The notes under the pieces: model-generated
The model's database searches: none
What the model saw: only the letters and a program-made list of their open reading frames with translations
Told to the model about the DNA's origin: nothing
Position numbers and translations under genes: made by a program
NCBI RefSeq assembly: GCF_963921235.1
Contig: NC_086097.1
Location: 127,288,001 to 127,352,000, forward strand
Source of the DNA: Mobula hypostoma
Taxonomy: Eukaryota
Length of the DNA stretch: 64,000 nt
Direction of reading: 5' to 3'
Part shown: positions 62,901 to 64,000 of the stretch, piece by piece
Layout of the letters: each line of letters starts with the position of its first letter
How positions within the stretch are numbered: position 1 is the first letter of the stretch

Positions 62901-64000
62901 AGCGAGAGAACTTTCTCAGCAGTTAACATAACAAAGAGCCATTTTAATTAGCCTACGCCGTAACATAAAAGAAGAGACCCTTTACATGAGTGTACCAATT
63001 TATTTATCTGCTGACTGAGTCTCCTTGCCAGCGTTTTAGCCAAAATTGTCTGATCCGAATTTAGCAGTGAAATCAGTCTATAAGATCCTACCTCCTCTGG
63101 ATCTTTGTCCTTCAGAATAAGCGTGATAATGGCCTCGTTCAGGGTTTGGGGTAACGTGCCAGTTTCAAATGACTTTCTGTACATCCTCACCATACAAGGT
63201 GCTAATAAGTCACTAAACTTCTTATAAAACTCATTACCTATTCCATCCGAACCTGGACTCTTGCCATTTTTCAGGAATCTTATTGTTCTTACTATTTCGT
63301 CATTTGTAATCTCTGCTTCCAAAGCCTGACACTCCGTCAGATTGCGTGAAGGTAGCCTACAAGTGTCCAGAAATGTGTGCACACTCCTCGTCGGTACATT
63401 AGATTGTGATGCATATAATTTTTCATAATACTGACAGAACCATTGATTAATGTCTTTGTGTGACACCAATGGAGTGCCCGAGTCTGATTTAATTTTATGA
63501 ATGGCCCGATCACTTTCCAATTTGCGTAGCTGTCTTGCCAGCAATTTCTGCGGTCTATCACCAAATTCAAAGAAATTCTGTTTTGTAAACATAAAGGCTC
63601 TGCACATCCGTTCTGAGAGTATTTGGTTAAGTTTGTATTTCAATGCTGAAATTCTGTTGTATTTTTTAGCGGATGATTGTCGCGCATTCTCCGTGTCTAG
63701 TTTACGTATTTGTTCTTCTAGTTCTATCTGATCTGCGCTACTACTTTTCTTTAGGGAAGACTGAAAAGAAATTACACATGCTTTAACATAAGCTTTAAAT
63801 GTTTCCCATAGTAGTCCTGGGGGTGTTTCACTATTATCATTTGTCTCAAAAAACAATAAAATTTGCGATTCTAAGTACTCACAAAATTTTGGATTTGTAA
63901 GTAGCTGAGGATTAAACCTCCAATTTCTATGTATTTGCATCAATTCACCCAGCTCCAGAGAAAAAGTAACAGGGCTGTGGTCTGAGATGACAATATTATG
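59988..64000 (-). mobile_element. L1 LINE ORF2 (EN end, RT, CCHC) and 3' UTR, decayed; continues beyond the window
   Basis: HNIVISDHSP, WRFNPQLL, KSPGSDG, YRLISLLNSD..ILAK.LARRL, RGTRQGCALSPLLF, FYVDEVL, CEKCKSSEANLLHSYALC. Confidence 0.92.
62291..62986. mobile_element. Solo LTR (696 bp) inserted into the L1 RT
   Basis: TGTAA...TTACA termini; flanks TGAA/TGAG; splits the L1 motif KLVHS|DQTGFI. Confidence 0.88.

Overview
Eukaryotic, repeat-dense intronic DNA. The repeat families (CR1, Rex1/Babar, Penelope-like, V-type and Deu-domain SINEs, Tx1, L1, Gypsy) suggest a cartilaginous fish, probably a ray; this is an inference. The only host gene I can support is a BMP5/6/7/8-subfamily gene (best call BMP7-like) on the + strand. 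Two of its internal coding exons are present: 10074-10271 (198 nt) and 37968-38044 (77 nt), separated by a 27.7 kb intron. The flanking exons were not found, so the whole window appears intragenic. The introns contain two decayed Gypsy LTR elements, one joined to an intronless RBM25 retrocopy, plus many LINE and SINE fragments, nested insertions and a solo LTR. The most notable signals are two classes of predicted self-cleaving RNA in non-autonomous retroelements. (i) An HDV-like nested double pseudoknot whose predicted cleavage site G1 is the first base of a 420-bp insertion flanked by an 11-bp target-site duplication (23118-23537, minus strand), with a covarying relative at 2360-2450. (ii) About ten copies of a minimal type-I hammerhead motif in Penelope-like terminal repeats. 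Repeat boundaries are approximate and family names come from motif recognition only, not database searches.
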